From: Candidatus Bathyarchaeota archaeon
Lineage (GTDB): Archaea > Thermoproteota > Bathyarchaeia > Bathyarchaeales > Bathycorpusculaceae
DNA: 64,000 nucleotides
Reading direction: 5' to 3'
Assembly (NCBI GenBank): GCA_963768425.1
Contig: CAVYHV010000006.1
Location: 64,001-128,000, forward strand
A program made the position numbers and the translations under genes. Below, piece by piece: positions 41,510 through 51,706 of this stretch. The notes beneath the pieces were generated by a model. The model saw nothing but the letters and a program-made list of their open reading frames with translations. It was not told the DNA's origin and searched no databases. Every line of letters begins with the position of its first letter. Position 1 is the first letter of the stretch.

Positions 41510-43619
41510 ATGCCGAGGTTCAAGCAGACAGCGCAGATTCAGCAGCTTATGGGCAGCAAGGAGCTTATCCGAAACATTGGAATAATCGCCCATATAGACC
41601 ACGGGAAAACCACCCTTGCAGACTCCCTTCTGTCAGGTGCAGGTTTGCTTTCGCCTCAGATGGCTGGCTCAGCGCGAGTGCTCGATTATCTGGATGAAGA
41701 GCAAAAACGCAAAATCACGATTAAAACAGCCAACATAACCCTCCTCTACAAAACCGATGAAAACTCCTTCATCGTTAATCTGGTTGATACGCCTGGGCAC
41801 GTTGACTTCACAGGAAAAGTGACAAGAGCGCTTCGGGTTATAGACGGCGCTGTCGTAGTAGTCGATGCGGTTGAGGAAATTATGGCTCAAACCGAAACCC
41901 TAACCCGCCAAGCTCTTGAAGAACGAGTTTGCCCAATTCTATTCATCAATAAAGTTGACAGGCTAATCACTGAGCTGCAGCTAAACGAAAATGAAATCCA
42001 AAAGAAACTCGACCACATAATCGTTGGCTTCAACGACCTCATACAACTCTACGCTCAAGAGCCATTCAGAAGTCGATGGAAAGTCGATGCAAACGTGGGA
42101 AACGTGTCTTTTGGCGCTGCACTGCACGGCTGGGGCTTCACTTTGAACATGGCTAAGCAACGAGGCATCAAGTTTTCAGATATAATACAGGCTTATCAAC
42201 AGGGCGAAAGAGGGAAACTGCAGAAGAAGCTGCCTGTTTACGAAGCCATCTTCGAAATGGCAATCAAGAAAGTTCCAAGTCCCACGAGAAGCCCAAGCCT
42301 ACAGAATCGAAGAGATTTGGGATGGTCAAGTTAACTCTTCGATTGGCAAAGCTCTAGTTGAATGTACCGACAATGGACCAGCGATTTTCTGTGTCACCAA
42401 TGTGCACTCTAACGAGAAGGGAGGCACAGTTGCAACGGGCAGACTTTTTTCTGGGAAGCTAGAGAAGGGTGTGAGGCTGCATCTAGTCGAAGCTCTGGCT
42501 GAAACAACGGTTAGTCAGGTTTCTGTTGATATGGGTTCACTTAGTGACGAGGTAAGCTGGGTTTCAGCAGGGAACTTGGCTTCCCTAAGTTTGACAGGTG
42601 AGATGAAGGCTGGCGAAACCCTTGTCGACTTGGCGCATAAGGCTGACATGGTTCCTTTCGAAGGCATAAGCTACGTTTCCGAACCCGTCGTCACCTTAGC
42701 CGTCGAACCAAAGAACACGATGGAAATTCCAGTTTTGCTTGAGGCACTGAAAAAGCTTGCAAGTGAAGATCCAAACCTTATCGTAGACGCTGACCAGCAA
42801 ACTGGCGAGTACCTGCTCAGCGGTATGGGTGAACTGCACTTGGAGGTTGCAATCAACCAACTTAAGAACAGCGCAGGTTTGGATGTTACAGTTTCTTCGC
42901 CAAGAGTTGTTTACATGGAGAGCGTTGAGACAGGCGGAGTTGTGGCTTTGGCAAAAAGCCCAGATAAGCAAAGCAGTTTTTGGGTCCAGGTTGCGCCTGA
43001 CGGGCATGAGATTGAAGAGCAAATAAGCATTCTCTCTGTTGACGAGCACCGCAACGTGCTACTGGACTGCAACGGCAAGGCTGAGCCCCTCGCCGAAGAG
43101 GTTTTAGAAGCATTCATAGGTGGATTTGAATACGCATGTAAAGCTGGACCATTATGCGGCGAACCCGTACGGCACCTTAAAGTGACTTTGGTCGATTTCC
43201 AGTTGAGCAGCGAATTTAAGTGCGACGAAGTTATGCGTGGAGTTGGAAAAGCGATCTTCGGTTCATTCCTGTCAGCGCAGCCGATCCTGCTTGAACCCAT
43301 CTACAAAATAATACTCACCGTTTCAGCTGGAATAACCAGCGAAACTTCAAGAATACTTGCCTCAAAACGAGGAAAAGTCACCTGCTTCGAACAGAAAGGT
43401 TTGCAAACAGTAATCACCGGCTTCATCCCCGTTTCCGAAACTTTCGGTTTCTCAAGAGAGCTTAGGTCAGCGACGTCAGGTAGGGCTTTTTGGCAATCGT
43501 TCTTTGACCACTGGGAAAAAATGCCTCAAAAGTTGGCTTCACAGGTTGTAGCTGACTTGCGGCAACGCAAAGGACTGTCGCCTGAAGTCCCCAAGCCAGA
43601 AAAGTTCTTGGAGCTGTAA
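41510..43619 (+). CDS. Elongation factor 2 paralog (indel near 42285)
   Basis: RNIGIIAHIDHGKTT, RKITI, DTPGHVDF, NKVD, EDP, GMGELHLE, GPLCGEP, LRSATSGRA; diphthamide HRG loop absent. Confidence 0.9.
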
Positions 43620-43624
43620 CATCA

Positions 43625-44485
43625 ATGCAGCTTAAAGTCCCATTCGACTTGGATTTTACACTTTGCTGTGGACAGGTTTTCAGATGGAAGAAAATCGACG
43701 ACTGGTGGTACGGCATCGTCGGAGAAAACGTGCTCAAAATTCGTCAATGTGGAGAGCAACTGGAATTCGATGGTGTTGACGCCGAATTTGTTACCCGTTA
43801 TTTTGGGTTGAATGATGACTTGGGGGAAATAAGCCGTTGCATTAACAGAGATCCTTACATCAGCAAAGCGCTGCACCGGTTTGAAGGTCTACGGATTATT
43901 CGCCAGGAGCCTTGGGAATGCTTCATCAGCTTCATTTGTGCAACCTACAAAAGTATAGCGGCTATTGAGCAGATGATCAGAAAGCTTTCAGTGAAATTCG
44001 GTGAAAAGAAGGTTTTTGAAGACGGGGATTTTTACGCTTTCCCTTCCGTTGAAAGACTATCTTCTGCGAGCGAGAACGAGTTGAAAGAGTGCGGCTTAGG
44101 TTACAGGGCGAAGTATTTGCATGCGACGGCGCGGAAAATTCGTGAAGAAAAATTTGAACTTGAAGCCTTGAAATCAATGCCTTACCTTGACGCGAGAAAG
44201 GTGCTTGTTGAGTTCCCCGGGGTCGGATTGAAAGTGGCTGATTGCGTGCTGGTGTTTTCGCTCGATAAAACGGAAGCTTTCCCAGTTGACGTCTGGATTA
44301 AACGGGTACTGCTTACCCACTACGCAAAAGAGTTTTCGCCTGAACTTGTGAAAAAACTTTCAGCTAACCCATCTCTAAGCAACAGTGAATACGAAAAACT
44401 AAACGCTTTCGGAAGAAGCTACTTTGGCAAGTACGCAGGTTACGCCCAAGAATACCTCTTCCACTATGAAAGAACCCAACGCTAA
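43625..44485 (+). CDS. ogg1: 8-oxoguanine DNA glycosylase (Ogg1-type HhH-GPD)
   Basis: TL.CGQVFRW, RQEPWEC..SFI, GLGYRAKY, PGVG.KVADC, AFPVDVW, AGYAQEYLF. Confidence 0.92.
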   Translation: MQLKVPFDLDFTLCCGQVFRWKKIDDWWYGIVGENVLKIRQCGEQLEFDGVDAEFVTRYFGLNDDLGEISRCINRDPYISKALHRFEGLRIIRQEPWECFISFICATYKSIAAIEQMIRKLSVKFGEKKVFEDGDFYAFPSVERLSSASENELKECGLGYRAKYLHATARKIREEKFELEALKSMPYLDARKVLVEFPGVGLKVADCVLVFSLDKTEAFPVDVWIKRVLLTHYAKEFSPELVKKLSANPSLSNSEYEKLNAFGRSYFGKYAGYAQEYLFHYERTQR

Positions 44486-44563
44486 GCCGCTTCCGTCATT
44501 AAGAAAGATTCAAATAACAAATGCTATTAATCAAGCAAATCCTGACTGAATTGGGGGCTATGT

Positions 44564-44824
44564 ATGGCTGCTGAAGACGGCAAACTTTACCAGTTAATCA
44601 AGCAAAAAAGGGTTTTTCTCAGAGACACTTTGAAGGATTATGCTGCAGGAGGCAGCGACATGCTTGACGACGTTGCAGGATATCTCCAAGAGGCAAAAGA
44701 GGAACTTTCCCACCGTTTAGAAGTCGTCAGTTGCCTGCGAGAAGATGAGGGAGAAGCCGTTTGGCGCAAAGAATGCCTTGCACTCTACGCCCAATGGTTT
44801 GAAAAATGGTTCGGCAAACACTAA
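44564..44824 (+). CDS. Hypothetical protein
   Basis: ATG after a purine-rich leader; amphipathic helical sequence ending WFEKWFG. Confidence 0.6.
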   Translation: MAAEDGKLYQLIKQKRVFLRDTLKDYAAGGSDMLDDVAGYLQEAKEELSHRLEVVSCLREDEGEAVWRKECLALYAQWFEKWFGKH

Positions 44825-44915
44825 CTGGGGTCGCGCGAATCGGCTAGTTGTCTTGGCGAATGCGGAAAATGTTTAAATGCAGTATGAAACAGCAATATTA
44901 AACGAAAAGCCTCGT

Positions 44916-44989
44916 GGGCCCGTAGCTCAGCTCGGTAGAGCGCCAGACTCATAATCTGTTGGTCAGGTGTTCAAATCACCTCGGGCCCA
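44916..44989 (+). tRNA. tRNA with CAT anticodon, probably tRNA-Ile2 (agmatidine-modified)
   Basis: Cloverleaf: GGGCCCG/CGGGCCC acceptor, GCTC/GAGC D-stem, loop CTCATAA, AGGTG-TTCAAAT-CACCT T-arm. A GGGCCC acceptor is Ile-like, not Met-like. TTTAAA box at 44872. Confidence 0.92.
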
Positions 44990-45019
44990 CATTGAACTTC
45001 AATTAGCATTCAGGTATGG

Positions 45020-45541
45020 GTGAAGCCTGCACTGAAACAAAACAATCCAGCCTACAAAGCAGCAACGTTTGTTACGGGTCATCAATTAATCATTGGTTTG
45101 CTGCTGGTGCTTTTCGGGGTCAGCGACTTAACGTTTGTCATGCCCAATCTTTATGGCACTTTCCACGGGTTTTATGTGAACTGGCAAACCTTTCGCCTTT
45201 ACATGCCTCTTTGGGTCTTGACGATCCCTGTTCTTCTTGGTATGGCGCTTGCTGGCGCGTTAATGCTGACAGTTTACAGCATCAGAGACATTCAGCCATC
45301 GAGACCCGACTACAAGGAGCACGCTGCCGTGTTGGTTACAGCTTTAAGCTTCACTTATCTAGTAATAGGGGCTTGGCCAATGTGGACACAACCGTACCCT
45401 TGGGCGTGGCAACAGGAAATCGCAAACTACGGAAACCTTCTTGTTCTGCCTCTTTTCGTTGGAAGCGTTTTTGTGTTGATAACAGGAGCAACCTCACTTT
45501 ACATTCATAGTAGAATTTACCATCAAAAACACCCTAAATGA
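45020..45541 (+). CDS. Hypothetical membrane protein (about 4 TM)
   Basis: Four hydrophobic segments; GAWPMW..YPW.WQ motif. Confidence 0.7.
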   Translation: MKPALKQNNPAYKAATFVTGHQLIIGLLLVLFGVSDLTFVMPNLYGTFHGFYVNWQTFRLYMPLWVLTIPVLLGMALAGALMLTVYSIRDIQPSRPDYKEHAAVLVTALSFTYLVIGAWPMWTQPYPWAWQQEIANYGNLLVLPLFVGSVFVLITGATSLYIHSRIYHQKHPK

Positions 45542-45620
45542 CCTCTCCTCTTGCTGAGAGCAACATTTTTTGTGGTTTGTGTTTTGGGTTGTTTTTTTGC
45601 ATCAGACCTCAAATTATCTG

Positions 45621-45722
45621 CAGCATCCGTTCTTTAACGTCTACTAAAGTCGCTTACCGTCCTTTAAAGTCTATTAAAGTCGCTTAAAGTCTGCAGGCGT
45701 CCACCAAAGTCCTTTGTCGTCC
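45621..45722. repeat. Ten tandem degenerate 10-bp units (core units CNNTTAAAGT)
   Basis: cagcatccgt/tctttaacgt/ctactaaagt/cgcttaccgt/cctttaaagt/ctattaaagt/cgcttaaagt/ctgcaggcgt/ccaccaaagt/cctttgtcgt: all end in GT at exact 10-bp period. Confidence 0.85.
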
Positions 45723-45795
45723 TTGCTCTAAAAAATTGAATGATATAAAAAATCTATAAACACCTAGAAAAATCCAAACCCGTGTTCGTTTCTGT

Positions 45796-45963
45796 TCATT
45801 TTTGGTCTTTTGAAAGTTCAACTTTGACTATTGGAGCAACCTTCATTATTGGGTTCCCTTCCGCCTCATACTTAACTGAAAATCCATAATGAGCCCGGGC
45901 GGTCAATGTGGTTTTGACTGCGGCGAGAATCTCTTCTTTACCCATTTGCCTCGCGTTTTTCAT
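45796..45963 (-). CDS. Small 55-aa protein absent from the ORF track (MKNARQMGKEEILAAVK...VELSKDQK)
   Basis: ATG overlaps the wHTH stop (ATGA); manually translated open frame. Confidence 0.55.
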   Translation of the reverse strand: MKNARQMGKEEILAAVKTTLTARAHYGFSVKYEAEGNPIMKVAPIVKVELSKDQK

Positions 45964-46403
45964 GTGCGGTTCGGGTTTAGTTTTCTGTAAAGCAGTAATC
46001 CCTCAATCAAAAAGAGAACCATCGCTACTCCAGTCAGGCCCGTCAAGAAAAAAAAGCTGACTTGAATCACTGCACCTTTTATTAGGAACATCAACATTAT
46101 GATTGCTATCTCAGCGCTGAAAGCGCCTAGAAAAAAGAAGGAATAGAACATCAACCGCGGTACGAGGTTTTTGCCGACCCACACGTGCCCGTTGATGTTT
46201 GTTTTCTCTTTTAAGATGTAGTCGCCATAACTGTTTTTCTCGATTAAACCCATTTCCTCAAGTTTCTGAAGATGGCGAAATGCGACGCTTGTACTGCTAA
46301 GGTTTGCGCCTCTGGTTACGTCTCTAGTTCCCACTGGTTTGGCAGCGTGGACAACGTATGCGTAAACGTTTAATGTGTTGCCTTCAAGCTCATCGTTAGC
46401 CAA
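45960..46403 (-). CDS. Winged helix-turn-helix regulator with two C-terminal TM helices
   Basis: GTRDV.RGANLSSTSVAFRHLQKLEEMGLIEKNSYGDY followed by two hydrophobic segments. Confidence 0.85.
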   Translation of the reverse strand: MANDELEGNTLNVYAYVVHAAKPVGTRDVTRGANLSSTSVAFRHLQKLEEMGLIEKNSYGDYILKEKTNINGHVWVGKNLVPRLMFYSFFFLGAFSAEIAIIMLMFLIKGAVIQVSFFFLTGLTGVAMVLFLIEGLLLYRKLNPNRT

Positions 46404-46425
46404 GTCTGCCGCCGCCTGATGGGTT

Positions 46426-47328
46426 CTATGGAAAGGTTGGAGATTGCAGGTTAGTTTGCGAAAGTTGATCTTGCGGTATGATGTTGTTGTAGAGGAATCC
46501 GCCGTTGTATGGCGTTAACTGTATTTGTTGGATTACGCCGCTTGCTGGGGTTGCTGTGGTTGAGTTGCTGTCTACTGTAACATAGCCTATTCTGCTTATG
46601 CTGATGGTGATTGACTGAGCGTTTTGGATGTCTTGGATCTGTTCTAATTGTTGGTTCGTTATGCTATTTACGATGCTGTTCGTCGAAGTCATGTTTATTC
46701 CTTGAATAAACTGCCCATTCCAAAAGCTTTCGCTAAGTCCAGAGATTGCTTGGTTCTTGGCTGTTAATGTATAGGTGGGTTCACCTTGCCAAGTATTGTC
46801 GGTGGCGGGTAATGTGCCGTCAAAGTTCGGCAGGAACAGAAAGACCTTGTTTTCGTTAAAGATGTTTGGCGGAAGGCTGGCATTGATGAAGTCGCCTGCG
46901 CTAAGGTAATTCTCGAACGTGTAGCCAAGTTGGATGTATGGGTTAACGGTGCCTGTGCAGTTTGCGCTGATGACGTAGGTGAAGTTTTCAATTGGGCCTT
47001 GGTCAGAGTAGACTTGTATCAGGTAGTATTCCATTCTGGCGTCTGGAAGTGTTTTCATGGCATCAGGGTTCGTCGTAATTTGAAGTGCTATGTAGTATCC
47101 TTCACCGTAGGATATTGATGCGCCGGTGTTTGTCGCGTTAGCGATGTAGTAAGCGTAAGGCACTTTGACGTTGAACCAAGAATTGCCGTATGTTTGCTGA
47201 CCGTTTGCTTGCGCTTGGGCAGCCATCAGGTACTCCATTGGTATGACTGTTGCGATTCCGATTGCTATTGCGAGTACTGCACATAAGATTACTTTTTTTT
47301 CGATCAATTTGGTTTTTTCACCGCTCAC
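46426..47328 (-). CDS. Secreted or N-terminally anchored hypothetical protein
   Basis: KK plus hydrophobic N-terminal helix; N/T/Q/S-rich with several N-X-S/T sequons. Confidence 0.75.
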   Translation of the reverse strand: MSGEKTKLIEKKVILCAVLAIAIGIATVIPMEYLMAAQAQANGQQTYGNSWFNVKVPYAYYIANATNTGASISYGEGYYIALQITTNPDAMKTLPDARMEYYLIQVYSDQGPIENFTYVISANCTGTVNPYIQLGYTFENYLSAGDFINASLPPNIFNENKVFLFLPNFDGTLPATDNTWQGEPTYTLTAKNQAISGLSESFWNGQFIQGINMTSTNSIVNSITNQQLEQIQDIQNAQSITISISRIGYVTVDSNSTTATPASGVIQQIQLTPYNGGFLYNNIIPQDQLSQTNLQSPTFP

Positions 47329-47362
47329 CTATTAGCCGGAGCGCCTAATAATGCTCCCCCAA

Positions 47363-47409
47363 GAACAGAATTGTTTCAAACTGTTCCCTAACTGTTCTCA
47401 AAGAGAACA
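47363..47409. promoter_or_regulatory. Putative operator cluster (GAACA/TGTTC half-sites) upstream of the secreted protein-wHTH cassette
   Basis: GAACAG-N12-CTGTTC, a second CTGTTC 11 bp later, and perfect TGTTCTC-AAA-GAGAACA. Confidence 0.5.
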
Positions 47410-47438
47410 CCGCTGAGTCAGCGAAAAAAATGCTTTGG

Positions 47439-47918
47439 TTAAGCGTGCAATTTCTTAATTAGTTGCGCGACGTTTCTTCCCAGTCTTTCGCATTCTTCAA
47501 GGTCTTTCTTCTTTGGGGTTCCAGTCACAGCGACGTCGTAGTGTTTGTCGTCTGCTCTTTCTTGTACAATCATGCCATGGATAAGCATAGCCTGAACGAT
47601 GGAGAGCATGGTGGTTTCAGCTCCTGATGCTGTTCCGCCGCTGCTTGTGAAAGCTCCGCCGACTTTCCCCGTCATTTGCTTGTGAATTTGCACCGAGTCG
47701 TCAACGAGCTTCTTGAGTTTGGCGGACATTTGCCCAAAATATGTCGGTGACCCCATGATTATGCCGTCTGCAGCGAGAAGGTCACTGTTTGTAGTTTGCT
47801 CAGCCCGTTTGACGTTGACCTCCACTTTTCCTGCTTTTTCAGCGCCTTTCGCCACTGCCAAAGCCATCGCTTCAGTGTTACCCGACTTAGAATCAAAAAC
47901 AACTAAGATTTTCGGCAA
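47439..47918 (-). CDS. Flavodoxin/WrbA-like NAD(P)H-dependent oxidoreductase
   Basis: SKSGNTEAMA, GSPTYFG, GKVGGAFTSSG. Confidence 0.88.
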   Translation of the reverse strand: MPKILVVFDSKSGNTEAMALAVAKGAEKAGKVEVNVKRAEQTTNSDLLAADGIIMGSPTYFGQMSAKLKKLVDDSVQIHKQMTGKVGGAFTSSGGTASGAETTMLSIVQAMLIHGMIVQERADDKHYDVAVTGTPKKKDLEECERLGRNVAQLIKKLHA

Positions 47919-47923
47919 ATGCT

Positions 47924-48487
47924 TTACCTAACAAGTTCCCATATTACTTCGTCAACTGGTAATATTCTTGCCCCATAAACGTACTCAAGGTACTTTAAGC
48001 CTTGCTCTTGGTCCTCCTTGGTAAACGCTTCCACGCCGTTCTTAACCACAATTATGCGGTATCCCCTGAAGAAAGCGTCGGCAGCCGTGTGGCGCACGCA
48101 CAATTGAGTATGCAACCCGCCGAGGACCACGGTTTTTGCTCCATCACCCTTGTATAGAGTCCGCAGCAGCGAGTCTAAACCTGTCTCGAAGAAACCGCTG
48201 TAGGTCCGTTTCTCGACGACGTAATCTTTGGCTGGGTCTGGTCGCAGTTCAGAGATAACCTGCGCGCCCTCTGTTCCTTTTAGGGCGTGTTTGCCCCATT
48301 TCATTGTGACCTCAACGTCTTGAGGGTAATGCGCATCGACACTATAGATAACTGGGATGTTGTTTAGGCGTGAGGTGGTGACAAGTCTCTGCAAAGGCAC
48401 TATGATGGATTTAGCGTTGTCAACCTTCATGGATCCGGAAACAAAATCGTTCTGTACATCTACAAGTATAATGGCTGGTCTATCCAC
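47924..48487 (-). CDS. Isochorismatase/nicotinamidase-family cysteine hydrolase
   Basis: VDVQNDF, DAH, WGKH, KRTYSGF, GLHTQLCVRHT. Confidence 0.9.
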   Translation of the reverse strand: MDRPAIILVDVQNDFVSGSMKVDNAKSIIVPLQRLVTTSRLNNIPVIYSVDAHYPQDVEVTMKWGKHALKGTEGAQVISELRPDPAKDYVVEKRTYSGFFETGLDSLLRTLYKGDGAKTVVLGGLHTQLCVRHTAADAFFRGYRIIVVKNGVEAFTKEDQEQGLKYLEYVYGARILPVDEVIWELVR

Positions 48488-48539
48488 TGGCTTTCACGCT
48501 TCGAAAAATAAGAAGAGGCTGACTCTATTTAGTTTTCCC

Positions 48540-49605
48540 TCAGCATAGGCATGTCGGACTGTAAAGTCCAACGGTGAGTTTCTCAGCGCATTCTTGATTT
48601 ACTAAAACGGTGTCTTCGATTCTGACTCCACCATATCCCGGTATGTAGATGCCCGGCTCATCTGTTACAACGTTCCCTGTCGTCAAAATATCTTTGCTAT
48701 CTGGACTCAAAATAGGCGCTTCATGAATTTCCAAGCCAACCCCGTGTCCAAGGTTATGGACAAAGAACTCGCCGAAACCAGCTGCTTCAATCGTTCGCCT
48801 TGCGACGCCATCAACTTTTTGGGCTGCAACGTTGGGCTTTATGGTTTCGAAGGCTTTTTGATGTGCCGCCTTGACTGTTTCATAGATTTTTCTCTGCTTT
48901 TCGTCGGTTTTTCCAGCTATGAATGTTCGGGTCATGTCTGAACGGTAAGAGTTGTAGGTTGCGCCTAAATCAACCACCACTAACTCACCTTCGCCTATCG
49001 TTCTGTTTGAGCAGGATCCATGTGGATAAGCTGATGTCGGTCCAGAGGCTATTATAGTGTCAAAGCTTGTCCCGTTTGATCCTTTCTTTCGCATGGCATA
49101 CTCAACTTCCGCTGCTACCTCTATCTCTTTTATGTTGGGGCAAATAAGCTCAGAGGCTACTTTCATGCCAACTGATGCCAATTTGCATGCCTCACGGATC
49201 AATTCGATTTCCCGTTTATCCTTAACGCTTCTCAGCTTAAGGATTAAATTGTCTGCGGGCTCCAATTTTTCTTCCCCGCCGACCGCCTTGGCAAGGATGC
49301 GCCAACTCTCAATCGGCAACATGTCCACGGCGTACTTTTTGGCAGGTGCTTGTGTCGCCATTTTTTCCATCAGGTTTTCGCCTCTCTTCAAGAGTTCTAC
49401 TGTTACTTCTTTCGCTTCATTTTTGGCTTGTTCGTAGTTGACTCCTCCAACGAAAAGGGTGTTTTCGCCTTGTTTGGGGATGAGAAGCGCGGTTGCGCCT
49501 GAAAAACCTGTGAAATAAGCTATGTTATATGGGTTGAAGATAAGGAAGTTGCATGTCTAAGTCTTCTTTGGCTGCTGCCGTTTTTAGAGCGTTTGGTCTT
49601 TTCAT
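48540..49605 (-). CDS. Xaa-Pro aminopeptidase (M24B); N-terminal indel near 49555
   Basis: NIAYFTGF upstream in frame, PHG, DLG, SDMTRT, HNLGHGVGLEIHE, EPGIY, GVRIED. Confidence 0.9.
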
Positions 49606-49784
49606 TTTCTCGCCTTGTTTGTTGAAAGATGAGCTTTGAGGTTGCTTTAAGTTTTCGCTTCTTGTTTTGCGTTATGTATCAAAAAACAGGTCGTTTTAAG
49701 CCGTGAATTTTTAAATGAATCAGCCATTAACTTAATATACTTTTCAAATGCCTACCCTAATTGAGTAACGAGGGGTAAAAAAGC

Positions 49785-51705
49785 ATGTTTGCTTACGCGG
49801 GAAAAATTTTACATGTTAACCTCACAACAGGAGAAATGAAAAACGAGCCATTATCAGAGCAGATGGCAAAAGATTATATCGGCGGCATAGGCTTAGGCAT
49901 CCGCTTGCTTTTTGACAATTCAAAACCGGGAACCGACGCGTATGACCCTGAAAACCCCATAATCTATTTAACGGGTCCACTCAGCGGTACCATGGGCCCA
50001 ACAGGCGGAAACAGCTACGCAGTCGTTTCCAAATCTCCAGCCACTGGCGGCATCGGCAATGCTGAAGCCCACGGTTTCTTTGGTCCGGACCTGAAACGTG
50101 CAGGGTACGACGCAATCGTTATCACTGGTAAAGCTCCGAAGCTTTCTTACCTGTGGGTTGACGATGACAAAGTTGAAATCAGAAACGCCGAGTATCTGAA
50201 GTACGCGACAGTTAAGGAAACCGACGATAAAATCCGAGCTGAACTTGGCGACTTTTACATCCGCGTCTCAGCCATCGGCGAAGCCGGCGAAAAAATGTGC
50301 CGATTTGCAGCCATAATAAACGACGAGTTCCGCGCCATCGGACGAAGCGGCATGGGCGGAGTAATGGGCTCAAAAAACCTCAAAGCAGTTGCCGTACGGG
50401 GAACACATGACGTTAACGTTGCAAACCTTGAAGGCTTCAAAGAATTTGTTAAACTTATTTATGAACGAATGAAGGGTCCATCAACAAAGAAATACAAAAC
50501 ATTAGGAACACCAGAAAACGTTCTTGTCCTAAACTCACTCTCAGCATTGGCAACAAGAAACTGGACAAACGCAACTTTCGAAGGCGCCGACAAAGTCAGC
50601 GGTGAATACTTTAACGAACATTACGTGAAGAAAATCGTTGGCTGCGCAACCTGCGGAATGCGATGCGACCACATAGGCGTTGTCCCAGAAGGACCATACA
50701 AGGGCTCAACCTCAAGACTTGAGTTCGAATGCCTTTGGAGCATGGGACCACTCTGCGGCATCGACAGAGTTAGACGCAATTATCGAAGCCATGCGCATAG
50801 TAAACGAGTACGGCATGGACGGCATATCCATCGGTGTCGTAGTAGCTTTCGCAATGGACCTCTACGAGCACGGCATAATCACAAAGGAACAAACAGAGGG
50901 TATCGACCTCAAATTCGGCAATGCTGAAGCATTAATCGCTATAATTCACAAGATTGGTAAACGTGAAGGTTGGTTGGGCAATGCGCTTGCTGAAGGTGTT
51001 GCGAAAGCCGCAGAAATCATCGGCGGAGACGCTTACAAGTACGCTTGTCACATCAAAGGCTTAGAGCTGCCAGGCTACGACCTGAGAACCTTAAAAACCG
51101 CTGCATTAGGCTTTAGTGTTTCGTTCCGTGGAGCATGCCACCTTAGAAACGGCGCTTACTCGCCTGACGTTAAAGGCAAGGTCAACCGCTTCAAGATAGA
51201 GAAAGGCAGAGGCAAAATGATCACTGAAGAAAGCTACATGTACAACATTATTGACTCACTCATCGTTTGCAAATTCAGCAGAGGCACATACTACGATGGA
51301 TGGAAGGACCTCACCAACTACTATACGCTTGCAACAGGCATCCCTATTACACCTGAAGAAATGATTAAAGACGGAGACAGAATCGAAAATCTCGCAAGAA
51401 TATTCAACATTCGCGAAGGAAAAGGCACACGAAAATACGATGATGTACCCTACAAGATAAAGCATTTTCCAGTTCCCGATGAAGGACCAGCCAAAGGCGT
51501 CTGCGTAAACGACGAGGAAATGGCTGTTGGTTTAGATGATTATTATGCTTCAAGAGGATGGACAGTTGACGGCATTCCAACCGTTGAACGGCTGCAACAG
51601 GTAGGCCTAGGCGACTTAGCCTACATTGCCGAGGACGCGATGAAAGCTGCCGCAGAAGCCAAACCTGAAGTTGCCCCAGAAGCAAAGGCTCAAGGAGGAA
51701 ACTAA
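49785..51705 (+). CDS. aor: Tungsten aldehyde:ferredoxin oxidoreductase family protein (indel near 50770)
   Basis: GKILHVNL, KSPATG, GRSGMGGVMGSKNLKA, C..C...C, EFE, GMDGIS, KGLELPGYD.R, RGACH, IDSL..C.F. Confidence 0.92.
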
Positions 51706-51706
51706 A

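Noticed and set aside
44916-44989. tRNA-Met assignment from the CAT anticodon
   Set aside because: The GGGCCC acceptor stem fits archaeal tRNA-Ile; initiator features (A1-U72, three G-C anticodon-stem pairs) are absent.
45621-45722. CRISPR array interpretation of the decamer repeats
   Set aside because: Units are 10 bp, contiguous and lack spacers; no cas genes in the window.
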